A DNA stretch of 64,000 bases from assembly GCA_013335095.1 (NCBI GenBank), contig JAAXWF010000004.1, forward strand, positions 10,740-74,739. Direction: 5' to 3'. Of the stretch, positions 16,873-27,486 are shown piece by piece. Within the stretch, counting starts at the first letter, position 1. Every line of letters begins with the position of its first letter. The notes under the pieces were generated by a model, which was not told the origin of the DNA, searched no databases, and saw nothing but the letters and a program-made list of their open reading frames with translations. This DNA comes from a candidate division WWE3 bacterium (GTDB lineage Bacteria; Patescibacteriota; 4484-211; GCA-002791395). The position numbers and the translations under genes are program-made.

Positions 16873-17625
16873 ATGAGCGGATTAATACGAGTCGGTGTCA
16901 TAATTACCACCATCACCACAATAGTATTTAATATCCTCGCTAATCTATTGCCGCTTAATGGCCAATACACCGGAGACATCTCAGACTCATTTCATATTTA
17001 CTTTGTTCCCGCAGGATACGTATTCTCGATCTGGGGACTCATTTATATTTTGATGGTCCTATACTCAGTCTTCCAAGCCCGAGGTGATCAAGAGGACAAT
17101 AAGCCACTCGATCAAATAGGACTATGGTTTATGTTAGGTCAGATAGCCAACATCGTCTGGTTATTTTTATGGCACTATAACTACACCGTTCAAACCGTAC
17201 CGTTTATCCTAATACTCCTCGGAAGCTTAATAGCCATGCATCTTATTACCACCAAACATGCCGATACCGTAGGCGGAATCACCAAACTCATGACCAGTGT
17301 TTATCTTGGTTGGGGATCGGTTGCAACGGTCGCGAATATAACTACCGCCCTATACGTTTTGGAATGGGATGGATTTGGTATTAGCGGACCAGTCTGGTCA
17401 GCGATACTCATTGGCGTAGTTAGCCTACTAACGTTTGTTATGATCTGGCGTCATAAAGACATTGCCTATGCTTCGGTCATTTTATGGGCACTAATCGGTA
17501 TAGCAGTTAAATTCAACAGTATTCCGGTAATTTTATATTCGGCGATGGCTGGTAGTGGATTTGTTGCGGGTTTGATCGTATGGGGATTCCTCCAACGCAA
17601 ATCAGTATCATCTTCCAAGGCATAA
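16873..17625 (+). CDS. TspO/MBR-like tryptophan-rich membrane protein
   Basis: ILANLLPLNG...FVPAGYVFSIWGLIYILM and five hydrophobic helices. Confidence 0.55.
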   Translation: MSGLIRVGVIITTITTIVFNILANLLPLNGQYTGDISDSFHIYFVPAGYVFSIWGLIYILMVLYSVFQARGDQEDNKPLDQIGLWFMLGQIANIVWLFLWHYNYTVQTVPFILILLGSLIAMHLITTKHADTVGGITKLMTSVYLGWGSVATVANITTALYVLEWDGFGISGPVWSAILIGVVSLLTFVMIWRHKDIAYASVILWALIGIAVKFNSIPVILYSAMAGSGFVAGLIVWGFLQRKSVSSSKA

Positions 17626-17662
17626 TATGTACCCCGCGTCCGACTATTAATATAGAGACACT

Positions 17663-18217
17663 ATGACGCTTAGCTACTCTGACATTGAAGCAATCTATCA
17701 AGAGCATCTTGATCCAATATATCGATTCTTTTTCTATAAGACGTTATCACGTACTGCGGCCGAAGATTTAACCAGTGAAACATTTTTACAATTTGTAGCC
17801 GCCGCCGCCAAACAAAAATCTATTGACCAACCTAAATCGTATGTCTATGGAATCGCGAAAAATGTATTTATCAGCTACCTACGAAATAAATACGCTTCGC
17901 TTGATGAACAGGTCATTCACCTAGAAAGCTTTGACCAAATCGGGGTTGAAGAGTATGCCAAAGAGACCGAAGAAATAATCACCACACCAAAAACACTCGA
18001 AGAACGGGCCATGTTTTTTATCGAAAAACTTCCCGAGAAACAAAAGAAACTCGTAATATTACGAATAATAGAAAAAAACACCCCTACCGAAATCGCCCAA
18101 AAGATCGATAAAGATCTCAACTATGTTAAGACAACGCTCAAACGAGGTATGAATAACCTAAAAGCACTTATTGCGTGTACCCCCGAACCTACATATATTA
18201 AAGAAAGGAACACATGA
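17663..18217 (+). CDS. RNA polymerase sigma factor, ECF (sigma-70 family group 4)
   Basis: Region 2 (ETFLQFVAAA...YVYGIAKNVFISYLR) and region 4 HTH (LPEKQKKLVILRIIEKNTPTEIAQKI). Confidence 0.8.
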   Translation: MTLSYSDIEAIYQEHLDPIYRFFFYKTLSRTAAEDLTSETFLQFVAAAAKQKSIDQPKSYVYGIAKNVFISYLRNKYASLDEQVIHLESFDQIGVEEYAKETEEIITTPKTLEERAMFFIEKLPEKQKKLVILRIIEKNTPTEIAQKIDKDLNYVKTTLKRGMNNLKALIACTPEPTYIKERNT

Positions 18218-20100
18218 ACGACGAACTAAATTTAGAATCATTTAATATCGACCAAAATAAACCGAATGCACAGTTTTCTCAGTCTTTATCGAATCGGATG
18301 AAACGCCATCATGCCCGGGTATCGATTATGGCTCCGTTTGAAAAGCTAACCATGATGAATTGGTCGACTTCGGCCTATTACGTAGTGCCAGTTATCGCAC
18401 TGATCCTTATACCGGGCTTACTTGCTACTCCGACGTTGTACAAATATGCCCATTTTAATGCAATAAAATCCAGTTCCGATGTCCAGGCTATTTATCAAGA
18501 AGCCGTCGGTAAAAAATCACGATTAGCGGCCGCACCGGTAGCCGCTGGTGATGCATCCTCTGAATTTCAAAGTAACTCGACTGTTAACACATCAATGATT
18601 ATTGATCCTGGTTTCTATCAGGGAAATAATTACTCGACCTCAAAAACAACCACAACCGCAGGCCCTAAAGCATCTTCGTGCAAAAATAACTATGCCTATG
18701 ATCCGACGAAGATTCCGTACTGGACCACCTCCTCGACATCTTATTACAGCACGACTGATGGAATGTACAGTACATATATAACCACCGGACCAGATAACAC
18801 CATAATCGACTATACCCTCTCAACACCAACCGAAACGATTACGTATAAAGGTGGTCAGTATGCGGTACGTCAGCAGCAATCACAACAGATCCCGGTCATC
18901 ATGCCGATGGAACAAAAAGCGATGCCTGAAGTTGGTACGACCGAGTCACAACTACAAATACAGCCAATGGAATCAACAGAGGGTAGTAGTATACCAAGTG
19001 ATGGAGACAGTAGTGTGATTAGCGACGACAATATTGCACCTGATCGAATCATTGATATACAAACGCCGCAATTAGTATCAACCGAAACCGTTAATGGCGT
19101 CGAATATTATGTGTATCAAAGTGACTATCCCCTCTATTGTGACAACGTGGAGCAATCGAGCGGATTTTTACGCCAGTGGATAAATCCGCAAACAAAAGAA
19201 TTGTATAAAGAACAGATATTTATCCAAGAAGCCAATCCAGCCAATCTCGTGAGTGAAACAACCTACGAAATGTCGACTCAGGATATTGAATTATCAGCAG
19301 TCAAATCACAGTTTGTATTTAATCAATCAGTTGATATCCGTGATCTAGAGGAAAAAACAGAATATGATCGAATCGCCGCATACATCTCTCAGCACAACAT
19401 TCCATTACTGGTACCAACTGATTCAACATGGAAAATAAGTTACGCCTACTCATTTAAGGCGATTGATGAGGAGTATCGCCAAAGTTACAGTTTTGATCGA
19501 GCATTTTATCCAGCCGGATCCATTGGAGATTATTTATTCGGGATGATGAGCGAATACGACAAATTAAATGAAAAAGAAGATGTCCAACCTGACTTTGAAA
19601 TATCACTCTCGCGCAATGACACCATCACTGCATCGATTCAATCATATGACAGTAGCGCGGATATGACCAAACTGTACGAATCTCTTTTCCCGGCCGAAAA
19701 TACCAGTGCGGCCGAAAATATTACGCTCCCGATAAACGGAGCAAATACCCAAGCCCAAGTTCGAACAATAACCTACAAAGCGACACCATTACCAGCCGAT
19801 GCGATCCCCTTAATGGAACCCGCAACACCAGATGGCACAACGTCCTCGGATGGCACGTCAACGCCAGGAATAATGCCGATTCAAGAGGTCAAAGATCAAG
19901 TATCAATAGTTATAACCTTTACCTATCAACAAAGGAACTATGTTCTAAGCATTGGATTGTATGGCGAAGAAAATTCAAACTGGAAAGATTATGTAACCGG
20001 TATTAAGACGATTGATGCAACGCAGCTGAAAGATCTTTATCCGACCGCACCCAACATGCCAGTAACCCTTCAGGGTGGTATGGAGCCATTAACCCGGTAG
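18214..20100 (+). CDS. putative anti-sigma factor / membrane protein with large extracytoplasmic domain
   Basis: The start overlaps the sigma-factor stop (ATGA). There is a single TM helix at about aa 55-75 and a Ser/Thr-rich exodomain. Confidence 0.5.
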   Translation: MNDELNLESFNIDQNKPNAQFSQSLSNRMKRHHARVSIMAPFEKLTMMNWSTSAYYVVPVIALILIPGLLATPTLYKYAHFNAIKSSSDVQAIYQEAVGKKSRLAAAPVAAGDASSEFQSNSTVNTSMIIDPGFYQGNNYSTSKTTTTAGPKASSCKNNYAYDPTKIPYWTTSSTSYYSTTDGMYSTYITTGPDNTIIDYTLSTPTETITYKGGQYAVRQQQSQQIPVIMPMEQKAMPEVGTTESQLQIQPMESTEGSSIPSDGDSSVISDDNIAPDRIIDIQTPQLVSTETVNGVEYYVYQSDYPLYCDNVEQSSGFLRQWINPQTKELYKEQIFIQEANPANLVSETTYEMSTQDIELSAVKSQFVFNQSVDIRDLEEKTEYDRIAAYISQHNIPLLVPTDSTWKISYAYSFKAIDEEYRQSYSFDRAFYPAGSIGDYLFGMMSEYDKLNEKEDVQPDFEISLSRNDTITASIQSYDSSADMTKLYESLFPAENTSAAENITLPINGANTQAQVRTITYKATPLPADAIPLMEPATPDGTTSSDGTSTPGIMPIQEVKDQVSIVITFTYQQRNYVLSIGLYGEENSNWKDYVTGIKTIDATQLKDLYPTAPNMPVTLQGGMEPLTR

Positions 20101-20622
20101 ATTTAATTTTCGAGACTGTTCAATCCAGGTAATTCCAAGGCCCTGGTACGCTGCATAAGCATCCCAAACTTCGGCTGCCCATCGTTTTACTCGTTTAACA
20201 TGATTCGGTGCATTTGGTGCATTATAGACTTCAACTATCGTTAATCCTCCGCGAAACGATGGCGGTGTGATTAATTCGTAGGGGCGTTCAAAAGAAAGCC
20301 ATTGTTTAAGAGATTCCCCGATTATTGCATCAGCACGATATTCCATTAGCCAGGTAAACTTACACAACCCCGCGGCAAATAAACGGGGTGTATACATGTG
20401 CTCATGCGGATGCTGTAATGTATATGCAGACTCAGTTAGATTATGGACGACAAAATAGGTTGATTCGGCAAATTCACGCTTTACCACTTCATGATACATC
20501 GCTTCACATCCGGCTAAACCACCGGATATTCGAGCACCACATTCAGGACAACGACTACTCGGACCTCGGTTTAGTGAAATGGGATCAATGGTTACCATGA
20601 ACTGTACTGGATTATACGGCAC
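20089..20622 (-). CDS. hypothetical protein with CxxC zinc-ribbon motif
   Basis: RCPECGARISGG...; GC moderately elevated. Confidence 0.45.
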   Translation of the reverse strand: MPYNPVQFMVTIDPISLNRGPSSRCPECGARISGGLAGCEAMYHEVVKREFAESTYFVVHNLTESAYTLQHPHEHMYTPRLFAAGLCKFTWLMEYRADAIIGESLKQWLSFERPYELITPPSFRGGLTIVEVYNAPNAPNHVKRVKRWAAEVWDAYAAYQGLGITWIEQSRKLNLPG

Positions 20623-20625
20623 GTG

Positions 20626-20970
20626 TTACAAAGATGCTTCTTCGGCTTCGAGCTGTTCTCGTTTAACAAATCGATAAAAATTAATTGCTTCGACTGCATG
20701 AGTGGTATCGGCATACTCCATTGCCAGCCCAAGTTCATCAAACAGTTTGAAAAATTCTTCCCATGTAATATCTTTAACCGTTTTTTTCATACTTAAATCA
20801 GCATCATCAAGCCTACCGGGAAAATCTAAACGAATACCAATCTTATCACCGTATGAATGTGGCGAATCAATCAGTTGTGGTTTAGCATTATTCTGTTGAG
20901 CCCATTCGCGAACTTTAGCATGATCAGTCGTTGTCTGAAACATACCATGATAATACTCGGATGTGGGCAA
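20626..20970 (-). CDS. hypothetical protein
   Basis: 114-aa ORF adjacent to the previous gene. Confidence 0.4.
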   Translation of the reverse strand: MPTSEYYHGMFQTTTDHAKVREWAQQNNAKPQLIDSPHSYGDKIGIRLDFPGRLDDADLSMKKTVKDITWEEFFKLFDELGLAMEYADTTHAVEAINFYRFVKREQLEAEEASL

Positions 20971-21024
20971 ATTGCCAAGTTAAGACAATCGGCACGATAC
21001 AAAAACATACGCTACAATGAATTA

Positions 21025-22068
21025 GTGAAACAATCGAAGCCGATTAAACGATTTCGACAACCTGCCTTGGATTTTCTCCGCGGATGCGCCATATTTTTTA
21101 TGATCTGCACCCATGTAATCGTATTGCACTATCAAGGAACTAATCCGATCATTCATTTTTTTAGCTGGTGGGGCGGCACAGTCTGTTTTACTATTTTCCT
21201 TTTTGTATTTTCGGCAGTCTATGGAATGAAAATTGCTCAACAAAAAGTTAATCTTCGTAAAGAAATAAAACGGTTACTCCTCATGCTTGTTGGATATTAC
21301 CTCATTGCAGCGTGGGTGCATATTTTTAAAGCTGGCAACATACACCCCGAAACGATTCAACGAATCAATCAAATAATCCGTTTTGAACTTCAACCTGAAT
21401 ATACTGAGTTTATTGTCGCATTTATGCTGTACATCATTGTCACGGTTATCTTCTACAGGTTATGGCAGTGGTTTTTATCGCGCCCTTACCTCTGGGCACT
21501 TTTGATTGCGTCGGTTTTTATTTGGAGCCCGATTATTGAATCGTGGAACTGGGGTGAAGGTTATATTAATGTAATAAAATCGTATCTGGTTGGATTTAAT
21601 GGACTACACAGTTTTCCCATTTTGCCATATTTTATGGTTTATGGCCTCGGTCTATGGTGGGGATTTAATAGCCAAAAGCAAAGCTTCAACAGTCTTTATT
21701 GGGGAGGAATCAGCTTCATTATTACGGCAACATTGTGGTTAGGATATCGATTAAGTGGTCATGATGAAATGCTCAGATGGCCGCCCAATGTATACTTCTT
21801 GCTACACGGCTTACTGTACATATATGGAACCTTAAGCTTGTATCACATTGCTCAATACATACCGGCGATCCCCAAGCTTATTGTATTCGTCGGAAAGCAT
21901 CCGTTTGAATACTTTTTGTATCATCTCATAATTCTAATGCCCTTTTTCTCGTTCGGCGAAATACATGCAATAAACGGCTCGGCGACAATGCTCACTTTTG
22001 CTTTAACAATGGCGGTTTGCAGTTACCTGATAATCATAAAGCCCAATCCAGCTTCGCTTGACGCCTAA
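21025..22068 (+). CDS. membrane acyltransferase-3/DUF1624-like protein
   Basis: RQPALDFLRGCAIFFMI plus multiple TM helices. The ORF track start at 20857 overlaps the divergent gene, so the in-frame GTG at 21025 is preferred. The start remains uncertain. Confidence 0.5.
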   Translation: MKQSKPIKRFRQPALDFLRGCAIFFMICTHVIVLHYQGTNPIIHFFSWWGGTVCFTIFLFVFSAVYGMKIAQQKVNLRKEIKRLLLMLVGYYLIAAWVHIFKAGNIHPETIQRINQIIRFELQPEYTEFIVAFMLYIIVTVIFYRLWQWFLSRPYLWALLIASVFIWSPIIESWNWGEGYINVIKSYLVGFNGLHSFPILPYFMVYGLGLWWGFNSQKQSFNSLYWGGISFIITATLWLGYRLSGHDEMLRWPPNVYFLLHGLLYIYGTLSLYHIAQYIPAIPKLIVFVGKHPFEYFLYHLIILMPFFSFGEIHAINGSATMLTFALTMAVCSYLIIIKPNPASLDA

Positions 22069-23490
22069 ATGACTATAGGATATACTTTTTCTATGAAAAG
22101 ATATAGCTATGGTACAAATCAACCCAAGTCAGCACTTAAGCCTGCAATAATCGGTGCAATTTTATTATTTACCGGAATTTCGAGCTATTTTTATTTTCAC
22201 AGCGGTACTAATGAGCCAAAAGTTGATGAGTCAATTTCCCCTACCCCGACCGCTGCCGGACACGTGTTTGGCACGATCGATCTAAGTAACTTTGGTACTT
22301 TAAAAACCACCAGCAATAAAAAGTGGTTTTTATTAGGCGATGAAATAAACAACTCGGATCAGACGCTTACGTATTCTTTAACATTAACCGATAATCAACA
22401 AGAAGTTCTTAGCGGACGAAGCCTGAACGTCTCGTATCACATCAATAATACAAATGTAACAGGCGAGATGATACCAGTCCAAGGACAAGACGGAACCTAT
22501 CAAGTACAAGTTTCATTGTCACAGTTATCGCCAAGTGAATACACCATTCAGGCTCAACTGAAAACCGGTGAACAGGTGATTGAAAGTTTGCCAACGCAAC
22601 TTAATGTTTCATACCCTGTATATGTAGCCTGGACTCTTGATTGGGAAGGTTATGACGTGAAGGATGAATATCTCCAAAATATCGAAGAACTCACAGCAAA
22701 ACATAACAGTATGCCATTGACCCATTTCTTTAATCCGCGCTTATACACGAATACAACCATATCGACACAACGCCAAGAGTATTTGACCCAATGGGTATTA
22801 CAGCGTAACCAAAAGCAAGGTGATGCAATTGAACTGCACCTGCATATGTTCCCGGATATGGTTAAAGCAGCCGGAGTAACTCCCAAAAGCAATCCAATTC
22901 AATGGGGATCAACCTTGCATGATGGATATGACATACTAACCATGCAGTATTCTTACGATGAACTTGTTACTATAATGAACTGGTCAAAATCTATCTTTGC
23001 CGAAAAAGGCTTGCCAACACCAACTATATTTCGGGCGGGTGGATGGTATGCCAATGAAGATACGCTAAAAGCAGCACAAGCCAGTGGTTTTTTAGCTGAT
23101 TCTTCGGGGCGCACAGCGTACTCGTTTGGTACGAATAAGGTTGATGGTCCATGGAATTTATCCGAAACAACCCAACCATATCGATTAAATGAAGACGATC
23201 AGAACAATACCAGCCGACCAACAATGTCATTATGGGAATTTCCGAACAATGGAGCAGATTCGTGGATGTTTACCGAGGCCCAGATGAAAGATCGTTTCAA
23301 TGCAAATTATTCGGGCAAAATTGCTACCGATAAAAAATTGGTGACATATTTGAGCCACCCAGAATGGTTCAAGACGGATAAACCACGAATTGATGCATTA
23401 TTTACCTACACTGACCAATTTCTAAACGACAAAGACAATGGGCCAGTCGTATACATAACGCTGGCACAGGCTTATCGAATTTGGCAGTAA
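22069..23490 (+). CDS. membrane-anchored hypothetical exported protein
   Basis: N-terminal TM helix (AIIGAILLFTGISSYFYF). No catalytic motif recognised. Confidence 0.45.
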   Translation: MTIGYTFSMKRYSYGTNQPKSALKPAIIGAILLFTGISSYFYFHSGTNEPKVDESISPTPTAAGHVFGTIDLSNFGTLKTTSNKKWFLLGDEINNSDQTLTYSLTLTDNQQEVLSGRSLNVSYHINNTNVTGEMIPVQGQDGTYQVQVSLSQLSPSEYTIQAQLKTGEQVIESLPTQLNVSYPVYVAWTLDWEGYDVKDEYLQNIEELTAKHNSMPLTHFFNPRLYTNTTISTQRQEYLTQWVLQRNQKQGDAIELHLHMFPDMVKAAGVTPKSNPIQWGSTLHDGYDILTMQYSYDELVTIMNWSKSIFAEKGLPTPTIFRAGGWYANEDTLKAAQASGFLADSSGRTAYSFGTNKVDGPWNLSETTQPYRLNEDDQNNTSRPTMSLWEFPNNGADSWMFTEAQMKDRFNANYSGKIATDKKLVTYLSHPEWFKTDKPRIDALFTYTDQFLNDKDNGPVVYITLAQAYRIWQ

Positions 23491-23523
23491 TTTGATAGAC
23501 TTAAAGGGAAAGAAAGCCTGTCT

Positions 23524-25491
23524 ATGCAATATTTACAGTTATTTGGTATACCGATACCCTATCTTCAAACGTTTCAATCGCGGTTAATGTACGTATTAAT
23601 AGCGCTTGTTGCGTGGGGCCTAGTTAATAGTATCCTTTTCATTCGATGGTTACTTATACGAAAGTACCGAATATATCAATACAGATGGCTACAAGCACAG
23701 TGGCTATCGATCATCATAATTGTACTCAACGTTTTTATTGTAAGCTCAGTAAGTTTTGTTGTAACCGAAACGATTCTACTTAAACCCGAGATAATCTCGG
23801 CTGATCCACCAATAAACTCGACACTGAATTGGGCCGACGAACCAATACATTTATCGTTTAATCTACCCGTTGCTACCGACACAATAATGTTTCATGTCTC
23901 CCCTGAAGTTAAAGGAAAATGGGAATGGAAAAGTTCACAGGAAGTAACGTTTTTTCCCGAAGAATCATTTTATCCAGAGAGTCGGATTATTATATATGCA
24001 GTTGGAATAAGACCAATATGGAGTCGATGGACATCACATGAACAATCGATTGAGTTTGATGCGCCCAAAATACCGTCGCTGCAAGAAAGTAGTCCAAAAA
24101 ATAATGATACAGATATTCCAGTAGACCAGCCGTTACGATTTAGCTTCGACCACCCTACCGGAAAGTTTGTTGATATCCAGTATGCATTTACTCCAGATCC
24201 GGGATCGTTTTACGTTATCGATCAGGCCAATACCCAGGAGCTCCAATTCGACCAGCCATTGAAACAAGACCAATCATACACGGTAATAATACATCGCACT
24301 CCCCGATCGTACAAAGTGTCAGATGGTAGCGATATTACCCGGGGAGATACTCAAGATATTGCAACAATTACGTTTCAAACAGTCCACACTCCGCTTATCG
24401 CTTCATATGAACCCCGAGGAACTGGGGTTTTGCCGGGACAAACGATACGGATAAATTTTGACCAGCCGATGGACCAATCCAGCGTAGAGGATCACGTTAC
24501 AATAACCCCGCCAGTGGAAGGTAAAATCAGTTGGGATGGTACTACTTTTATTTACACACCGACAGATGTATTAGCAAAAGACACCGCGTATTCCGTTTTG
24601 TTTAGTAAAGGAATGGAAAGTCAGGCTGGGGGACAAACCGGCGAAGATGCGTCGATCGAATTTACCACAATCGGTCACGCGGATGTAACAACAATATCTC
24701 CCTATCCTGGATCAACGGGTGTAGATCCCACGTCGACGTCAGTACGGTTTACCTTTAATCAACCTGTAGATCATGAATCGGTAGATCAAAATATTGAATT
24801 TAATCCCCGATTAGACGCAGAAACCTCATGGGAAGACAATACGCTCATTATCCAAACCGCCGGGAAATTAGATTACTCAAAAAGGTATCAGATCACCATT
24901 AAATCCGGAATAAGAAGCATTGACGGCTTGGATTCAAATAAAGACTTTACCGCCAGCTTCACAACTCGTGATCAAATTTACTCACTTGCCGTACCGTATC
25001 ACCGTCAACAAGAGCAATTCTCCTGTAATATTGCCGCAGCCTTGATGGTTCTTTCATATCGCGGAATATCACGCAGCGAGGACGAAATTAAATCAGCAAT
25101 TGGTATAGGTCAAGATCCAAATAGCAACTGGGTCGAAGGATACGGCATACACGCCGGGCCAATTGCGTCATATCTCAATACCGTTCGGCAATCTCAAATT
25201 AAGCAAAATTGGTCAATCAAAGAATTGGTTAATGAAGTGCAGCAAGGAAACCCGGTTATTGCGTGGGTTTATAACAGATATAGCTCACCAGCTGGACCAA
25301 TTGAGCTGGATGGCGGTTATCGCGGATATAATGGCATGCATTCCGAAGTGGTAACTGGATTTATCGGAACGTCAGATCATCCGACGCAAATTTTAACCAA
25401 TGATCCATGGCGCGGTAAATTAACCTATACAATAAGTCAATTTGAATCAATCTGGTCGTATTTAGGAAACACCGCAATCGTTGTATATTAA
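23524..25491 (+). CDS. membrane-anchored protein with Ig-like (SbsA-type) repeats and C-terminal papain-like (C39-like) peptidase domain
   Basis: Repeated ~90-aa segments (PVxxxS/TxxFxFNQPxD) are followed by a Cys-containing FSCNIAAALMVLSY and a His-containing GMHSEVVTGF. Confidence 0.55.
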   Translation: MQYLQLFGIPIPYLQTFQSRLMYVLIALVAWGLVNSILFIRWLLIRKYRIYQYRWLQAQWLSIIIIVLNVFIVSSVSFVVTETILLKPEIISADPPINSTLNWADEPIHLSFNLPVATDTIMFHVSPEVKGKWEWKSSQEVTFFPEESFYPESRIIIYAVGIRPIWSRWTSHEQSIEFDAPKIPSLQESSPKNNDTDIPVDQPLRFSFDHPTGKFVDIQYAFTPDPGSFYVIDQANTQELQFDQPLKQDQSYTVIIHRTPRSYKVSDGSDITRGDTQDIATITFQTVHTPLIASYEPRGTGVLPGQTIRINFDQPMDQSSVEDHVTITPPVEGKISWDGTTFIYTPTDVLAKDTAYSVLFSKGMESQAGGQTGEDASIEFTTIGHADVTTISPYPGSTGVDPTSTSVRFTFNQPVDHESVDQNIEFNPRLDAETSWEDNTLIIQTAGKLDYSKRYQITIKSGIRSIDGLDSNKDFTASFTTRDQIYSLAVPYHRQQEQFSCNIAAALMVLSYRGISRSEDEIKSAIGIGQDPNSNWVEGYGIHAGPIASYLNTVRQSQIKQNWSIKELVNEVQQGNPVIAWVYNRYSSPAGPIELDGGYRGYNGMHSEVVTGFIGTSDHPTQILTNDPWRGKLTYTISQFESIWSYLGNTAIVVY

Positions 25492-25496
25492 TAGTA

Positions 25497-26039
25497 ATGT
25501 GGCAGAAGCTTAAAACCCGACGTCTTTTTGAACACCAACGATTGATCGTCGATCAAGACGATGTAATCATGCCAAATGGCGAAAAGTCGACCTACCTTTT
25601 ATACCGATCCCCGGTTGATGGCGTTGTAGTAATTTGCCCCAATAACCACAAGGAGATTTTATGTGTACACGAATATTCATATCCACTTGAACGTGTCATA
25701 ACTCAGTTGCCGATGGGTGGAATACACGATGGCGAAAACCCCGAAGATGCGGCAAAGCGAGAACTCATCGAAGAGGTTCATTTACGTGCAAAAACACTCA
25801 CCTCAATCGGTTCATTCTTCCAAAATCATCGCCGCAGCACCAATAAAGCACATATTTACCTAGCCACCGATTTAGAAGAAGACTTTAGCTTACCAGCAGA
25901 TAATGAGGAGCAGATCGGAAGTGTTTGGGTTCCGGAAAGCGCCGTTGATCGGATGATCAAAACCGGTGAAATTGTCGACAGTGATACAATCGGAGCGTGG
26001 ATGTTTTATCGTCTTTGGCAAAAAAGTCATCATGAATAA
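25497..26039 (+). CDS. NUDIX hydrolase
   Basis: Nudix box GGIHDGENPEDAAKRELIEEV. Confidence 0.75.
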   Translation: MWQKLKTRRLFEHQRLIVDQDDVIMPNGEKSTYLLYRSPVDGVVVICPNNHKEILCVHEYSYPLERVITQLPMGGIHDGENPEDAAKRELIEEVHLRAKTLTSIGSFFQNHRRSTNKAHIYLATDLEEDFSLPADNEEQIGSVWVPESAVDRMIKTGEIVDSDTIGAWMFYRLWQKSHHE

Positions 26040-27057
26040 AAAGAAAACAAAAATACCCCGCTACATCATAACAACGGTTAGTGGACTTGAGTCCGCTGCC
26101 GAACGAGAGATAAAACAGGGAATTACCGATATTAAGGTACTCACTAAAAGTAGTGGCTTACTGGCTATAACGACTTCAGCGAAACCAAGTACAATACGTC
26201 GGTTTCGTTTTATTAACAATGCTTTCTTATGTTTGAATGAATATCAAGAGACGAATACCACGAACTTATTGCAGTCGGTAAAGAATGTAATGCCTCACGT
26301 AAGCGATCTCTCACGATTGTTCGAGTTTGTCCCAAAAACATTTCGAATTGTCGTAAGCCATGAGAACGAAATAATCCGCCCAGATCAGGCCGCTCGGAAT
26401 CAATTAGAACATCACATTAGCCAATCAACTAAATTATCCCTAGATATTCACGAGGCAGATATCGAATTCTGGCTCATTATCCGAAGAGAAGGTTTTTCAT
26501 TTTGGACAATACGCCTAACTCGGACGCGACATAAAACCCATCCGGGAGAGCTACGCCCAGAACTCGCAAATATGATGGGAACATTAGCACATTTGAACAA
26601 ATCCGATGTGGTCCTTGATCCATTTTGTGGTTTTGGAGCTATTCCTTTTGAGATAGTAAGAAACTTTGCCATACAAGAATGCATTGCGTTCGATAAGGAT
26701 CCACAGACTATTCACCGAATCCAACTAACCGCGACTCACGAACGACTACCAATAAAAGCCCAAACCATAGATATACAACAGATGAGTTTACCAGACCGAA
26801 GTATCGATGCGGTGATAACCGACCCGCCATGGGGTATGTTCCATCAATTAGCCGAAGGTGTGGATGAATTTTATCGGGTCATGATCGAACAATGCGCTCG
26901 AGTTTTAAAAACAGAAGGTCGATTGGTACTATTGACCGGAGCAAAAGAGATCGCCTCAAAATTGCTTAATGAGTCAGATCAGTTTGTAATCAAAGAACAG
27001 TACGATATTCTGGTATCTGGCCAAAAAGCGATACTCATAGTCGCAGTACGAAAATAA
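26032..27057 (+). CDS. THUMP-domain RNA (N2-G/N6-A type) methyltransferase
   Basis: DPPWG motif and SAM-binding LDPFCGFGAI. The start MNKKKTKIPRY overlaps the upstream stop. Confidence 0.7.
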   Translation: MNKKKTKIPRYIITTVSGLESAAEREIKQGITDIKVLTKSSGLLAITTSAKPSTIRRFRFINNAFLCLNEYQETNTTNLLQSVKNVMPHVSDLSRLFEFVPKTFRIVVSHENEIIRPDQAARNQLEHHISQSTKLSLDIHEADIEFWLIIRREGFSFWTIRLTRTRHKTHPGELRPELANMMGTLAHLNKSDVVLDPFCGFGAIPFEIVRNFAIQECIAFDKDPQTIHRIQLTATHERLPIKAQTIDIQQMSLPDRSIDAVITDPPWGMFHQLAEGVDEFYRVMIEQCARVLKTEGRLVLLTGAKEIASKLLNESDQFVIKEQYDILVSGQKAILIVAVRK

Positions 27058-27081
27058 TACCGAAATAAAGATCCCTACTTG

Positions 27082-27486
27082 CTACGTCAAGAAAAGATAA
27101 TATAGAATCAGCGTACACACAACCGAAATTATTCCGGGGAGCAGAGCAAATAGAATCCATCTTTTAGAAAAAAGAGCATGCTTATCGAGTATCATCTGCT
27201 GTACTAAAAATAATTCAGCTAAAACGGCGATGAAAATGTACACACCGACACGCAGGCAATAATCGGAAAAGGAAATTTCACTTCCAGGAACCCAAAATAA
27301 TGCAAATGCCGTCAACTGCTGAAAACTAACCGAGGCAGCAAGGGCTATCGATAAAGGATACAATCGATATGACCATCGCATAATTATCGCCCACATACTT
27401 GTTACGGCAAACATAAACACAACAATTGAACCAATTACATTAAAAAACAACAGTATCGAATTCATCACATTTATTATGCGATACAT
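27082..27486 (-). CDS. hypothetical membrane protein
   Basis: 134 aa with four hydrophobic helices. Confidence 0.35.
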   Translation of the reverse strand: MYRIINVMNSILLFFNVIGSIVVFMFAVTSMWAIIMRWSYRLYPLSIALAASVSFQQLTAFALFWVPGSEISFSDYCLRVGVYIFIAVLAELFLVQQMILDKHALFSKRWILFALLPGIISVVCTLILYYLFLT

